Part shown: positions 37,710 to 48,742 of the stretch, piece after piece | Layout: each line of letters opens with the position of its first letter | Position numbering within the stretch: position 1 is the stretch's first letter | Source: Gammaproteobacteria bacterium | GTDB lineage: Bacteria > Pseudomonadota > Gammaproteobacteria > Ga0077536 | Assembly: GCA_019747795.1 (NCBI GenBank) | Contig: JAIEQK010000198.1 | Coordinates: forward strand, 4,647-68,646 | Direction: 5' to 3' | DNA: 64,000 nt | Made by a program: the position numbers and the translations under genes | Notes under the pieces: model-generated | Seen by the model: the letters and a program-made list of their open reading frames with translations, nothing else | Database searches by the model: none | Told to the model about the DNA's origin: nothing

Positions 37710-38954
37710 CTACATGTAGTGCGGCATGATGTGCTTGCCGAACAGCTCGAGCTGCTTGCGCACCTCGGCGAGCGGCAGGTAGCCCTGGTCGCCCTGCCAG
37801 ATGAACCACTCGGGATTTCCCGCCTCCACCAGGCCGTCCATCTCGCGGCGCACGTCGTCGACGTTGCCGACCAGCGCGAAGTGCTTCTTCTCGAAGCGCT
37901 CCATGTAGACCTCGGATTTCGGCAGTGGCGTACCCGGCGGATACTTGGCGTCATCCTCCGGCAGGCGGAAAGCATCGGTGAAGCCGAAGTCGTGCGCCCA
38001 ACCGGGCCAGCCGGTGCCCATCAGGCCCGCCATGCCGATCTCGCGCGCGCGTTCCTTGTTCTCCGCCATGTAGACGCTGCGGAACACGCCCATGTTTTCG
38101 CCGAGCGCGAGCTGCCGGCCGTGCTTCGCCGCTTCTTGCACGTGGATCTCGCAGAAGTTGCGCAGTTCCTTGTAGTCCGAGGTCAGCAGGGTCGGGATGA
38201 GTCCTTCCTTGGCGCACCAGCGAATGGTGCTCTCACTCTGTGAGAAGGCCTGGAAGAGCGGCGGATGAGGCTTCTGGAACGGTTTCGGCACGATGTCGAT
38301 GGCGACGATGTTGCCCTTCTCGTCCACCTCGCCCGGTGAGCCGTAGCGGCGCGTCCAGTCGGCGGCCGGCCACGGGGTGCCGGTCTCGTAGGGATAGGGA
38401 TACTCGTAGTACTTGCCCTTGAAGCGGAAGGCGCCGTCCTTCCAGGCGAGCTTCAGGATGTCGAAGATTTCCTGGAAGGCCTCGCGATTGACCGCGTCGG
38501 TGTTCGGCGCCTGGTCTTTCGCGTGCAGGTCGGCGGCGGTCACGTGCAGGTGCTGGGCCATGGGATTCAGCCAGCGTGCCTGGTAGCCGCGCGCGAAGCC
38601 GCAGAACGTGCGGCCCTTGCTGATCTGGTCGAGCCACGCGATCTCCAGCGCGAGCCTGAGCGGATTCCAGCCGGCCAGCACGTAGCCGATGGGGCCGGCC
38701 ATGATCTTCTTGGTGTTGGCCAGCACGTGCTGGGTGAGCAGCGGCAGGCTGCCCATCTCGCTGCCTTCCGTGTGCAGGTGGTGTTCCGGAAAGGTGACCG
38801 CCTTGAAGCCGAGATCCTCGGCCAATTGCGACAGCTCGACGATTTCGTCCAGCATCTGCTGGAAGCGATCGGTGCGCCGGGCGATTGGGCGCAGGGCCTC
38901 GCGCTCGTCCATGCTGGCCGGAATCGCCGGGTAGAAAAAGAACATGAATTTCAT
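37710..38954 (-). CDS. LLM-class (luciferase-like) flavin-dependent monooxygenase/oxidoreductase
   Basis: 414 aa: MKFMFFFYPAIP...LGFKAVTFPEHHLHTEG, a typical bacterial luciferase-like TIM-barrel N-terminus. It is longer than the common 330-aa LLM proteins. Confidence 0.75.
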   Translation of the reverse strand: MKFMFFFYPAIPASMDEREALRPIARRTDRFQQMLDEIVELSQLAEDLGFKAVTFPEHHLHTEGSEMGSLPLLTQHVLANTKKIMAGPIGYVLAGWNPLRLALEIAWLDQISKGRTFCGFARGYQARWLNPMAQHLHVTAADLHAKDQAPNTDAVNREAFQEIFDILKLAWKDGAFRFKGKYYEYPYPYETGTPWPAADWTRRYGSPGEVDEKGNIVAIDIVPKPFQKPHPPLFQAFSQSESTIRWCAKEGLIPTLLTSDYKELRNFCEIHVQEAAKHGRQLALGENMGVFRSVYMAENKERAREIGMAGLMGTGWPGWAHDFGFTDAFRLPEDDAKYPPGTPLPKSEVYMERFEKKHFALVGNVDDVRREMDGLVEAGNPEWFIWQGDQGYLPLAEVRKQLELFGKHIMPHYM

Positions 38955-39171
38955 CGGTTATCCCCTCGAATGGTGCCGCGGCCAGGCGGGGCAGCGGGCG
39001 TTGGACCGCGGGCCGGGCCGCGCCAGTGTCGACCAGCGCGCATCGACGCAGAATGACGGATTGTGTAAATTTCTTTGCAGATTGCGACAGGCAGGGCGCA
39101 TGGCTGGCAAGGGACGAGGAGCGTCGCGACCACCGGCACACTCGCGGCCGGAGTATCTCTTCGGCGGTGAC

Positions 39172-40191
39172 ATGCTGCATCCGCTGCGCCTGGCCTATGG
39201 CCTGGTGACGGTTATCGCGGTGCTCGAGGCGCGCGGACGTGCGGTCGAGCCGCTGCTCGCGGCGGCCGACATTCCGCGCTTCGCGCTGGAGGAGCCGAGC
39301 TATCGCATCCGCTTCGAACAGGAACTGCGCTTCATTCGCCTGGCATTGAACGCGCTCAAGCTGCCGAGCGCGGGCCTCGTCATCGGCCGCGAATTCCACC
39401 TCGCGCTGTTCGGCGTGCTCGGGCTCGCCGCGTCCTGCGCGCCGACGGTGCGCGACATGTATCGCACGATCCACACCCACTCCACCCTGGCCTGGGGGTG
39501 CATAGAACATACGTTCTGGCGTGACGGCGACGACGAGTTCTTGAGCTTCGACGAGAACGACGCGGTGGGTGATCTGGGCCCATTCTTCATCGAACGCGAT
39601 GCGGCCGCGATGCTCACCCTGCTGCGCCAGACCTTCGGGCCGGACGTCACCCCCCAGGCAGTGCGTTTCCGCCATCTGCCCCCGCCGGACGCCGGCGAAT
39701 ACGACGCCTTCTTCGGCTGCCGCGTGGCCTTTGGCGCGGCGCGCAACGAACTGCGGCTGCGCCGCGCGGTGTGGGACGCACCCCCGCCCCAGGCGAATCC
39801 CATGTCCTACCGTTTCTTCGACAACCAGTGTCGCCGCCTGACGGCGGTGATGGACGAGCCGCTGTCCTACGCCGACGTGGTGCGCAGCCGCCTGCGCGAC
39901 GCAACGCCGATGCCCTCCCTGCCCGCCGTGGTCGAGACCTTGCATCTCACCACCCGCACCCTGCAACGGCGGCTGGACGAAGAGGGCACCAGTTTCTCCG
40001 CGCTGCTGGCCGAGGTGCGGCGTGAACGCGCGCTCGAATTGATGCGCCGCAGCGGCATGGACAATGCCGCCATCGCCTGGAGCCTCGGCTTCGAGGATGC
40101 GAGCGCATTCTCGCGCGCGTTCAAGAGCTGGACCGGGCTCTCGCCTCGTCAGCATCGTGATCGATTGAGGGATGATTTCACCCTGCCATGA
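39172..40191 (+). CDS. AraC-family transcriptional regulator (N-terminal ligand-binding domain plus C-terminal HTH)
   Basis: The C-terminus LHLTTRTLQRRLDEEGTSFSALLAEVRRERALELM...IAWSLGFEDASAFSRAFKSWTGLSPRQHR is an AraC double HTH. The start is uncertain (ATG 39172 or 39100; the track's 38944 overlaps the divergent gene). Confidence 0.85.
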   Translation: MLHPLRLAYGLVTVIAVLEARGRAVEPLLAAADIPRFALEEPSYRIRFEQELRFIRLALNALKLPSAGLVIGREFHLALFGVLGLAASCAPTVRDMYRTIHTHSTLAWGCIEHTFWRDGDDEFLSFDENDAVGDLGPFFIERDAAAMLTLLRQTFGPDVTPQAVRFRHLPPPDAGEYDAFFGCRVAFGAARNELRLRRAVWDAPPPQANPMSYRFFDNQCRRLTAVMDEPLSYADVVRSRLRDATPMPSLPAVVETLHLTTRTLQRRLDEEGTSFSALLAEVRRERALELMRRSGMDNAAIAWSLGFEDASAFSRAFKSWTGLSPRQHRDRLRDDFTLP

Positions 40192-40274
40192 CGTGCTAGG
40201 CTCGCGCTGCGTCGCCGCTCGAGGTCCCGCGCCGCGTCGCTCGTACATTCAGCTCGCCAGGGGAGAACACCGTC

Positions 40275-41291
40275 ATGTCCATTTCCGTCAATAAGGAATG
40301 GTTGAGCCAGGTCCGCGAAGAGATCATCGAGCCTGGCCGCCGCATCATCGACCCGCACCATCATTTCTTTGTCGAGAATCCCGAGTATCCCCATTACACG
40401 CTGGCCGACCTGGTAGCCGACACCAGCGGCCACGGCGTCGAGCAGACGGTGTACCTGCAGTGCTGGGAAGGTCATCGCAAGACTGGCCCCGAGCACATGA
40501 TGCCGGTGGGAGAAACCGAGTGGGTCGACGGCATCGCGGCCGAGGCCCGCAAGAATCCCAAGGCCGTGCAGATCGGCGCGATCATGGGCACCGGTGAGCT
40601 GCGCGGCAGCGAAGCGGAAGTGCGCGAATTCCTCGAGGCCCACGTCGCCGCGAGCAAGCTGTTCCGCGGCATTCGCCAGATCGCGGCCTGGGACACCTAT
40701 CCCGACATCCTCTCCATGCACGGCGTGACCAACGCCACGTTGTTCGACGAACCCGCCTTTCGGCGCGGCTTCAAGATCCTGGACGCCATGGGCCTGGTGT
40801 TCGACGCCTACCACTACTATCACCAGATCCCCTGCCTCACGCGACTCGCACGTGACTTCCCGGGGACGAACATCGTGCTCGATCATCTCGGTACGCCGCT
40901 CGGCGTCGGGCCCTACGCGGGCCGCGAGGAAGAGATCTTCACCATCTGGAAGCGTGATCTCACCGAACTCGCGCGCTGCTCGAACGTGGTCATCAAGCTC
41001 GGGGGGTTGGCCATGCCGTGGAACGGCTTCGGCTTCGAGAAGCAGCCGCGTCCGCCCACCTCCGACGAACTGGTGGCGCGCCAGAACCGCTACTACCAGT
41101 TCGCGATCCAGACCTTCGGTCCGGAGCGCTGCATGTTCGAGAGCAACTTCCCGGTGGACAAGTGCGCGCTGTCCTATGACGTGCTGTGGAACGCGTTCAA
41201 GAAGATCGCCGCGAACTACAGCGAAGCGGAGAAGGATGCGATGTTCCGCGGTACCGCCGCGCGCGTGTACCGCGTCGCGCCGCGCGCCTGA
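40275..41291 (+). CDS. Amidohydrolase_2-family metal-dependent hydrolase (possible lactonase or decarboxylase)
   Basis: 338 aa with IIDPHHHFF near the N-terminus and ...NIVLDHLG..., the pattern of the ACMSD/LigI-type amidohydrolase_2 family. Confidence 0.75.
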   Translation: MSISVNKEWLSQVREEIIEPGRRIIDPHHHFFVENPEYPHYTLADLVADTSGHGVEQTVYLQCWEGHRKTGPEHMMPVGETEWVDGIAAEARKNPKAVQIGAIMGTGELRGSEAEVREFLEAHVAASKLFRGIRQIAAWDTYPDILSMHGVTNATLFDEPAFRRGFKILDAMGLVFDAYHYYHQIPCLTRLARDFPGTNIVLDHLGTPLGVGPYAGREEEIFTIWKRDLTELARCSNVVIKLGGLAMPWNGFGFEKQPRPPTSDELVARQNRYYQFAIQTFGPERCMFESNFPVDKCALSYDVLWNAFKKIAANYSEAEKDAMFRGTAARVYRVAPRA

Positions 41292-41356
41292 CGCGTCACC
41301 CGGCGACGCGCCCACGACGGGCGCGTCGATTCGCAGTCGCAGTCTCGGAGCCCAGC

Positions 41357-42610
41357 ATGTCTTCGGTCTACATCATCGGCGCCTACGGCACCGCCTTTGG
41401 ACGACGCCCCCAGGACAGCGTCAAGGATCTCACCCGCGAAGCCTATCTCGGCGTGTTGGCCGACGCTGGTCTCGACGACGGCGGCCCGCTGGAAAGCGTG
41501 TGGTTCGGCAACTGCGGCATGTGGACCGAGAACCAGGGCAGCATTCGCGGCCAGGTCTGTCTGACGCCCATGACCCGTGAGGGACGTCTGCCCGAACGCA
41601 TTCCCCTGACCAACGTCGAAGGCGGCTGCGCGACCGCCTCGCTGGCGCTGAACGGCGCGTGGAAGGACATCCTCGCAGGGCAATGCGAGATGACGCTCGC
41701 GATGGGGGTCGAGAAGACCTTCTACCCCGGCGACCCGGACAAGGGCGCGAAGCTCTTCTTCGGCGGGATCGATCAGTACGATCCGCAGGAGTGGGAAGCC
41801 TATTACCGCGCCGCGGGCGAAGTTGCCGGCAAGGCCTTCGAACCCGGGCCCGATCGCACGGTGTTCATGGACACCTACGCCATGCAGGCCTGCTACCACA
41901 TGCGTCGCCACGGCACGAGCCAGGCGCAGATCGCGGCCGGCGCGGCCAAGAACCACAATCACGGCGCGCTGAATCCGAAGGCGCAGTACCGCTTCACCAT
42001 GACACCGGAACAGGTGCTGGCCGACCGCCCCGTGACCTGGCCGCTGACCCGCGCGATGTGCGCGCCGGTCGGCGACGGCGCGGCGGCGGCCATCCTGTGC
42101 TCGGAGCGCGCGTTGAAGTCGCTGCCCGCGCAGGTGCGCGAGCGCGCGGTGCGCATCGCCGCGCAGGGCCTCGCCGGCGGCAAGTATCGCAGCCTGGACG
42201 AGGATGGCCTCAGTCGATTCGCCGCCGAACGCGCCTACCGCATGGCTGGCATCGAGCCCGGCGACATCGACGTCGCCGAGGTGCACGACGCGACGTCCTT
42301 CTGCGAGATCTACCAGGCCGAGATGCTGGGCTTCTGCGCGCGCGGCGAGGGCGGTGCGTTTGTCGCGAGCGGCGCCGCCACGCTTGGCGGACGCCTGCCG
42401 ATCAATACCTCCGGCGGGTTGGTGTCGAAGGGGCATCCGGTCGGCGCCACCGGACTGTCCATGACCGCCGAACTGGTCGCGCAGCTGCGCGGCGAGGCTG
42501 GCGAGCGCCAGGTCGAAGGCGCGCATTACGCGCTTGCCGAGAACGGTGGTGGCGTGATGGGCTTTGACGAGGCGGCCTGTTCGGTGCTGATCCTCGAGCG
42601 CGGACGCTGA
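41357..42610 (+). CDS. Thiolase-like protein (SCP-x / lipid-transfer type)
   Basis: Start at ATG 41357 (GGAG SD; MSSVYIIGAYGTAFGRR). Contains VEGGCATASLAL, with C-terminal NTSGGLVSKGHPVGATG and ENGGG. Confidence 0.8.
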   Translation: MSSVYIIGAYGTAFGRRPQDSVKDLTREAYLGVLADAGLDDGGPLESVWFGNCGMWTENQGSIRGQVCLTPMTREGRLPERIPLTNVEGGCATASLALNGAWKDILAGQCEMTLAMGVEKTFYPGDPDKGAKLFFGGIDQYDPQEWEAYYRAAGEVAGKAFEPGPDRTVFMDTYAMQACYHMRRHGTSQAQIAAGAAKNHNHGALNPKAQYRFTMTPEQVLADRPVTWPLTRAMCAPVGDGAAAAILCSERALKSLPAQVRERAVRIAAQGLAGGKYRSLDEDGLSRFAAERAYRMAGIEPGDIDVAEVHDATSFCEIYQAEMLGFCARGEGGAFVASGAATLGGRLPINTSGGLVSKGHPVGATGLSMTAELVAQLRGEAGERQVEGAHYALAENGGGVMGFDEAACSVLILERGR

Positions 42611-42708
42611 GCTCGCTGCGCATCCAGACCAGGCACGCATAGCACAAGGTCGCGTCCGCTCCCGGCTCGGGAGAGAGGCGCGGAGAACACATTCAGGGGA
42701 GACCAGCG

Positions 42709-44337
42709 ATGTCACAAGCTTTACGCAAGGAAACGCCGAACGCCTCGGCCGACGTGGAAGAACTCGATGCGCTCATCATCGGCGCCGGCGTGTCCGGGCT
42801 CTACCAGCTCTACTGTCTCAAGCAGCTCGGCATCCGCGTGAAGATTTTCGAGGCGGGCGACGGCGTCGGCGGCACCTGGTACTGGAATCGCTACCCCGGC
42901 GCGCGCTTCGATTCCGAGTCCTACAGCTATGCCTACAGCTTCTCTCGTGAACTGCTGGACGAGTGGAACTGGGCCGAGCACTACTCCGGCCAGCCCGAGA
43001 ACGAGCAGTACCTGAACTTCGTTGCCGACAAGTTCGACCTGCGACCGCACATCCACCTCAAGGCGCGCATGCGCTCGGCGCGCTTCGATCCGGCCACCAA
43101 CCACTGGCACGTCGAGTCGGAGGACGGACGTCGCGCCCGCACGCGCTTCCTGATCTCCGCGGTCGGCATCCTGTCCGCGCACCAGATGCCGAACATTCCC
43201 GGGGTCGAGAGCTTCGCCGGGGAATCCTTCCATACGGCGCGCTGGCCGAAGGAGAAGGTGGACTTCACCGGCAAGCGGGTGGGCGTGATTGGCACCGGTT
43301 CCACCGCCATCCAGCTGATCCCGGAAATCGCGCCCGAGGTCGGCCACCTGACCGTGTTCCAACGCACGGCCAACTACGCCTGCCCGCTGCGCAACTCGCG
43401 CATCAGTGACGACGAGCAGCAGGCCATCAAGGCGCGCTACGACGAGATCTTCGAGCGCTGCCGGCGCACCTTCGCGAGCTTCATGCAGGAATCCGATCCG
43501 CGTAAGACCTTCGACGTGCCGGAGGAGGAGCGCCTGCGCTTCTACGAGGAGGTGTGGGCCATGCCCGGCTTCCACAAGTGGTTCGGCCTGTTCCACGACA
43601 TCATGACCGACGAGGCGGCGAACGAGTCCTACGCCCAGTTCGTGCGCGGCAAGATTCGCGAGCGGGTCAAGGATCCCAAGGTCGCCGAGCTCCTCACGCC
43701 GCGCGATCACCCGTTCGGCGCCAAACGCATCCCGCTGGAGACCGGCTACTACGAGACCTTCAACCGCGACAACGTGCTGCTGGTCGACGTGAAGTCCGAT
43801 CCGATCCAGGCGATCACGCCGAAGGGCGTGCGCACCGGCACCCAGGAGTACGAGCTGGATGTCATCATCTACGCCACCGGCTTCGATGCCATCACCGGCG
43901 AACTGACCCGCATGGACATCCGCGGCGCCGACGGCCGCAGCCTGAAGGAAGTGTGGAGCGCCGAGGGCCCAAGCACCTATCTGACCTTCATGACCGCCGG
44001 CTTCCCCAACTTCTTCATCATCAACGGCGCGGTGTTCTGCAACTTCACCCGCTGCGCCGAGGTGGTGAGTGAATGGGTGCGGGATTGCGTGAAGTACCTG
44101 CGTGAGCAGGGCTTCGAGCGCATGGAGGCCGAGACGGCCGCGCAGGAGGCCTGGGTCGAACACGCCAACTCGCTCACCGAGGGCATGATCTTCACCAAGA
44201 CCGATTCCTGGTTCATGGGCACCAACGTGCCGGGCAAGAAGCGCCAGTTCCTGTTCTATGCGGGTGGCATGCCTGCGTTTCGCCAGCGCATCGCGGAGGT
44301 CGCGGCGCAGGGCTACGAGGGCTTCAAGCTCAGCTGA
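42709..44337 (+). CDS. Type I Baeyer-Villiger monooxygenase (FAD/NADPH-dependent)
   Basis: 542 aa with the FAD fold IIGAGVSGL, the BVMO fingerprint FAGESFHTARWP (FxGxxxHxxxWP) and a second Rossmann fold VGVIGTGSTAIQ. Confidence 0.9.
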   Translation: MSQALRKETPNASADVEELDALIIGAGVSGLYQLYCLKQLGIRVKIFEAGDGVGGTWYWNRYPGARFDSESYSYAYSFSRELLDEWNWAEHYSGQPENEQYLNFVADKFDLRPHIHLKARMRSARFDPATNHWHVESEDGRRARTRFLISAVGILSAHQMPNIPGVESFAGESFHTARWPKEKVDFTGKRVGVIGTGSTAIQLIPEIAPEVGHLTVFQRTANYACPLRNSRISDDEQQAIKARYDEIFERCRRTFASFMQESDPRKTFDVPEEERLRFYEEVWAMPGFHKWFGLFHDIMTDEAANESYAQFVRGKIRERVKDPKVAELLTPRDHPFGAKRIPLETGYYETFNRDNVLLVDVKSDPIQAITPKGVRTGTQEYELDVIIYATGFDAITGELTRMDIRGADGRSLKEVWSAEGPSTYLTFMTAGFPNFFIINGAVFCNFTRCAEVVSEWVRDCVKYLREQGFERMEAETAAQEAWVEHANSLTEGMIFTKTDSWFMGTNVPGKKRQFLFYAGGMPAFRQRIAEVAAQGYEGFKLS

Positions 44338-44351
44338 GCGTTGCTGCGTGC

Positions 44352-44384
44352 GGGCTACCGGCTCAGGTCTTGAGCCGGTAGCCC
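44352..44384. terminator. Perfect 13-bp hairpin between convergent genes (no U tract)
   Basis: GGGCTACCGGCTC-AGGTCTT-GAGCCGGTAGCCC begins 15 nt after the BVMO stop. It overlaps the last codons and stop of the minus-strand permease gene. Confidence 0.5.
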
Positions 44385-45142
44385 GAGCGGAAGATCCACC
44401 ACACCATCAAGAGGCATACCGCGAGGAAGCCGCTGACGAAGGCGAGGCTCACGCCGACCGCAACATCGCCCTTGTCGAAGAAGCTCCAGCGAAAGCCGCT
44501 GACGAGATAGACCACGGGATTGAACAGCGCGACCGTCTGCCAGGTCGGCGGCAGCATGTTGATCGAGTAGAACGAGCCGCCGAGGAAGGTGAGCGGCGTT
44601 ATCACCAGCATCGGCACGAACTGCAGTTGCTCCCAGCCGTTGGCCCAGATGCCGAGCACGAAGCCGAACAGGCAGAAGGCCACCGCGGTCAGCAGCAGGA
44701 AGGCCAGCATCCACACCGGGTGGGCTATCTCGAGCGGCACGAACAGCCGCGCAGTCGCGAGTATCAGCAACCCGAGCAGCAACGACTTGGTGGTCGCCGC
44801 GCCGACGTAGGCCAGGACGATTTCGAACGGCGACAGCGGCGCGGACAGCAGCTCGTAGATGGTGCCGGTGAACTTCGGCAGGTAGATGGCGAAAGACGCG
44901 TTCGACAGGCTCTCGGTCAGAACCGCCAGCATGATGAGGCCCGGCACGATGAAGGCGCCGTAGGGCACGCCGTCGACGTTCGCCATGCGCCCGCCGATGG
45001 CCGAGCCGAACACCACGAAGTAGAGCGAGGTGGTGATGACCGGCGTCGCGATGCTCTGCAACAGGGTGCGCAGCGTGCGTCCCATCTCGAACTTGTAGAT
45101 GGCCCACACGCCGTGGTGATTGAAGCGCGCCACGCCGTTCAT
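44363..45142 (-). CDS. ABC-2-type transporter permease
   Basis: 259 aa ([26 protein letters not shown]...) with six hydrophobic segments. The ATG overlaps the ATPase stop (ATGA). It corresponds to only the 3' part of the artefactual track ORF 44363..46237. Confidence 0.85.
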   Translation of the reverse strand: MNGVARFNHHGVWAIYKFEMGRTLRTLLQSIATPVITTSLYFVVFGSAIGGRMANVDGVPYGAFIVPGLIMLAVLTESLSNASFAIYLPKFTGTIYELLSAPLSPFEIVLAYVGAATTKSLLLGLLILATARLFVPLEIAHPVWMLAFLLLTAVAFCLFGFVLGIWANGWEQLQFVPMLVITPLTFLGGSFYSINMLPPTWQTVALFNPVVYLVSGFRWSFFDKGDVAVGVSLAFVSGFLAVCLLMVWWIFRSGYRLKT

Positions 45143-46074
45143 GCGTGCGCCTCGCGGCTCGCCACCAGGTCGACGAAGATGTCCTCGAGCGAGCTCTGTT
45201 CGGTGTGCAGGTCTGCATAGGTGATGCCGAGTTCGTCCAGACCGCGCAGCAGGGCCGCGATGTCGTTGTGCTCGGCACGGGTGTCGAAGCGATACTCGAG
45301 CAGCTGGCCGTCGGCGTCGAGCGCGAGATCCCAGCGCGAGAGCGCTGCCGGCAACTCGGTGAGGGGCGCATGCAGGTGCAGCACCAGGTGCTTCTGGCCG
45401 AGCTTGCGCATCAGCGTGTGCTTCTCTTCGACCAGGATGAGTTCGCCGCGGCTTATCACGCCGACCCGGTCCGCCATCTCCTCGGCCTCCTCGATGTAAT
45501 GGGTGGTGAGGATGATGGTCACGCCGTCCTCGCGCAGTTCCCGCACCAGCGCCCACATGTCGCGTCTGAGTTCCACGTCGACGCCGGCGGTCGGCTCGTC
45601 CAGGAACAGCACCCGCGGCTCGTGCACCAGCGCCTTGGCGATCATCACGCGGCGCTTCATGCCGCCCGACAGCGTGCGGATGCGAGCGTCGCGCTTGTCC
45701 CACAAAGACAGCGAACGCAGCGTTCGCTCGACATAGGCGCGGTCCGGCGGTCGTCCGAACAAGCCGCGACTGTGAGTGGTGGTCGCCCACACGGTCTCGT
45801 AGCTGTCGGTGGCGAGTTCCTGCGGCACGAGTCCGATCAGTGCGCGCGCCGCGCGGTAGTCGCGCGAGACGTCGAATCCACCGACCGTGACGCTGCCCGC
45901 GCTCGGCGTGACGATGCCGCAGACGATGCTGATGAGGGTGGTCTTGCCGGCGCCGTTGGGACCGAGCAACGCGAAGATCTCGCCCTCTTCGATGGCGAGC
46001 GTCACGGGTTTCAGGGCGGTGAGGCCTGAGGCGTAGGTCTTGGTGAGTCCGCGGATATCGAGCACGGTGGCCAT
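45139..46074 (-). CDS. ABC transporter ATP-binding protein
   Basis: Walker [10 protein letters not shown], signature LSGGMKRR and Walker B VLFLDEPT are present. Start taken at ATG 46074 ([14 protein letters not shown]); the track's start 46110 is a GTG. Confidence 0.9.
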   Translation of the reverse strand: MATVLDIRGLTKTYASGLTALKPVTLAIEEGEIFALLGPNGAGKTTLISIVCGIVTPSAGSVTVGGFDVSRDYRAARALIGLVPQELATDSYETVWATTTHSRGLFGRPPDRAYVERTLRSLSLWDKRDARIRTLSGGMKRRVMIAKALVHEPRVLFLDEPTAGVDVELRRDMWALVRELREDGVTIILTTHYIEEAEEMADRVGVISRGELILVEEKHTLMRKLGQKHLVLHLHAPLTELPAALSRWDLALDADGQLLEYRFDTRAEHNDIAALLRGLDELGITYADLHTEQSSLEDIFVDLVASREAHA

Positions 46075-46176
46075 GACGCGATTGTAAGGAGCATGCGTCA
46101 CCTCGGCCACCCATGTGTGGCTTTACCCTCGCGTCGAGGTCGCGTAGTTTCGCCGCCGAGAGAGACACGGAGATGC

Positions 46177-46983
46177 ATGCGCATGACGCAGACCTACGCG
46201 ACGCTGCTCGTCGCACGCGACGACGGCGTGCTGACACTCACGCTCAACCGTCCTGACAAGCTGAACGCCTGGACCTATCGCATGGGCGCGGAACTCCGCC
46301 AGGCGATCGTCGCGGCCAACGCCGATCCGGACGTCACCGCCATTGTCGTGACCGGGGCTGGCCGCGCATTCTGCGCCGGCGCCGACATCGCCGAGGTGTT
46401 CGACGCGCAGTCGCGCGCGGAGGTGCCCTACAAGGCGGAAGCCAACACGTCCGACTGGGTCGCGCTGCTGCGCCGCTCCAAGCCGCTGGTCGCGGCCTTG
46501 AACGGCGCCGCCATCGGCGTCGGTCTCACCATGGTGCTGCCGATGGATCAGCTGATCGCGAGCGAGGACGCGAGCCTGGCGCTGCGCTTCGTCAAGCTCG
46601 GCCTCGTTCCCGAACTCGCGAGTTCGCATTTCGTGGTCAGTCGCTGCGGCCTCGGCGCGGCATCGAATCTGATCCTCACCGGCCGCACGGTGAACGCGAG
46701 CGAGGCCCAGGCCCTGCGCCTGGTCGACCAGGTCGTGCCGGCCGATGAACTCTTGCCCGCGGCCCACGCGCTCGCGCGGGCGATGGGCGAGAACCCGTTG
46801 GCCGCGGTGCTGGAGTCCAAGCGTCTGCTGAGCTTGAACGGTACGGAGAGCGATCTCGAACTGGTGATGCGTCGCGAATTCGCCGCGCTCGAACGCAGCT
46901 ACGCCTCGGCGGAACACCGCGAGGCCATCGACGCCTTCCTCGCCAAGCGTCCGCCGGATTTTCGCAAGGCGCGCGAGGGCTGA
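46177..46983 (+). CDS. Enoyl-CoA hydratase/isomerase family protein
   Basis: Start at ATG 46177 ([32 protein letters not shown]). Contains FCAGADI...[15 protein letters not shown]. Confidence 0.82.
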   Translation: MRMTQTYATLLVARDDGVLTLTLNRPDKLNAWTYRMGAELRQAIVAANADPDVTAIVVTGAGRAFCAGADIAEVFDAQSRAEVPYKAEANTSDWVALLRRSKPLVAALNGAAIGVGLTMVLPMDQLIASEDASLALRFVKLGLVPELASSHFVVSRCGLGAASNLILTGRTVNASEAQALRLVDQVVPADELLPAAHALARAMGENPLAAVLESKRLLSLNGTESDLELVMRREFAALERSYASAEHREAIDAFLAKRPPDFRKAREG

Positions 46984-46993
46984 ACGGGTCGGC

Positions 46994-47809
46994 TCAGCCG
47001 AGCGCGAACTCGATTACCGCGCCGCCCGCGCCGTAGAACGGGCCGTAACCATGCACCGTGGCGCCGCTGAAGCGCCAGCCGAGGGCGCCCATCACGAACG
47101 CGCAGTGCTTGAAGCCCATGTCGACCCGCGCGGCGCGCGCGTAGTCCGGGCACAGCGCGCGGAATTCGTCGACCTTGCCGCTCGTCGCGAGCGCCAGCAT
47201 GCGCTGGTTCCACGCGTCTTCCTCGGGGCTCGCGATCCGATCGGTGGCCGGGTCGATGGTCTCGCGAAAGAACGAGCCCGACAGGCCGCCCACGCCGATC
47301 ACCGCCACCCGCCGGCCGAGCGCCGCGGCCTGTTCGGCGGCCACGCGGCCCAGTCCCTCGGTCGTCTGCCAGTCGTGGTAGAGATTGTTCGACGCGACCA
47401 CCAGCGGACAGCGACCGGCTGCGTTCAGGAAGCCGCTCGCGACGATGGTGCCGGTATCGAGCGGAAAGCCATCGTAGTCGACGCCCTTGGAACGCACGCC
47501 CATGCTCGGCGTCGCGCCGAGGATCGCGCCGGTCAGCGCGGTGTCGATGCGGATGTCGTAGGCGAGCGCGCCGTACTCGTGCCAGTTGTCGTCGACGTGC
47601 TCGCCGTGCATGTGCGCGCGGGTCAGCCACAGCTGATCGAGCACCGCAAGCCACTGCGTGGAATAGATGACGAGGGTGTCGGGCGCGACCGCGGCGAGTC
47701 GCTTGCCCGCGGTCTCGAGCGCGCCGGCCAGCGCGCCCCAGGGTGGATTCGAGGCGGCCACGCGCGGCAGCGGCGAACCGGGAACGATGAGAGCGGCGAC
47801 GACCGTCAT
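46994..47809 (-). CDS. LigB-superfamily protein, AmnA-like (2-aminophenol 1,6-dioxygenase alpha-type, non-catalytic partner)
   Basis: 271 aa, a paralogue of the upstream gene but without the HSPHW-type motif (it has IYSTQW instead). The gene is adjacent to and co-oriented with the AmnB-like gene. Confidence 0.65.
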   Translation of the reverse strand: MTVVAALIVPGSPLPRVAASNPPWGALAGALETAGKRLAAVAPDTLVIYSTQWLAVLDQLWLTRAHMHGEHVDDNWHEYGALAYDIRIDTALTGAILGATPSMGVRSKGVDYDGFPLDTGTIVASGFLNAAGRCPLVVASNNLYHDWQTTEGLGRVAAEQAAALGRRVAVIGVGGLSGSFFRETIDPATDRIASPEEDAWNQRMLALATSGKVDEFRALCPDYARAARVDMGFKHCAFVMGALGWRFSGATVHGYGPFYGAGGAVIEFALG

Positions 47810-47824
47810 GCTGGCATCAACTCC

Positions 47825-48742
<918 letters not shown>

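Noticed and set aside
44363-46237. 624-aa minus-strand ORF spanning both ABC transporter genes.
   Set aside because: Only its last 259 codons (from ATG 45142) read as an ABC-2 permease. The upstream part is an out-of-frame read-through of the ATPase gene, whose real frame is 45139..46074.
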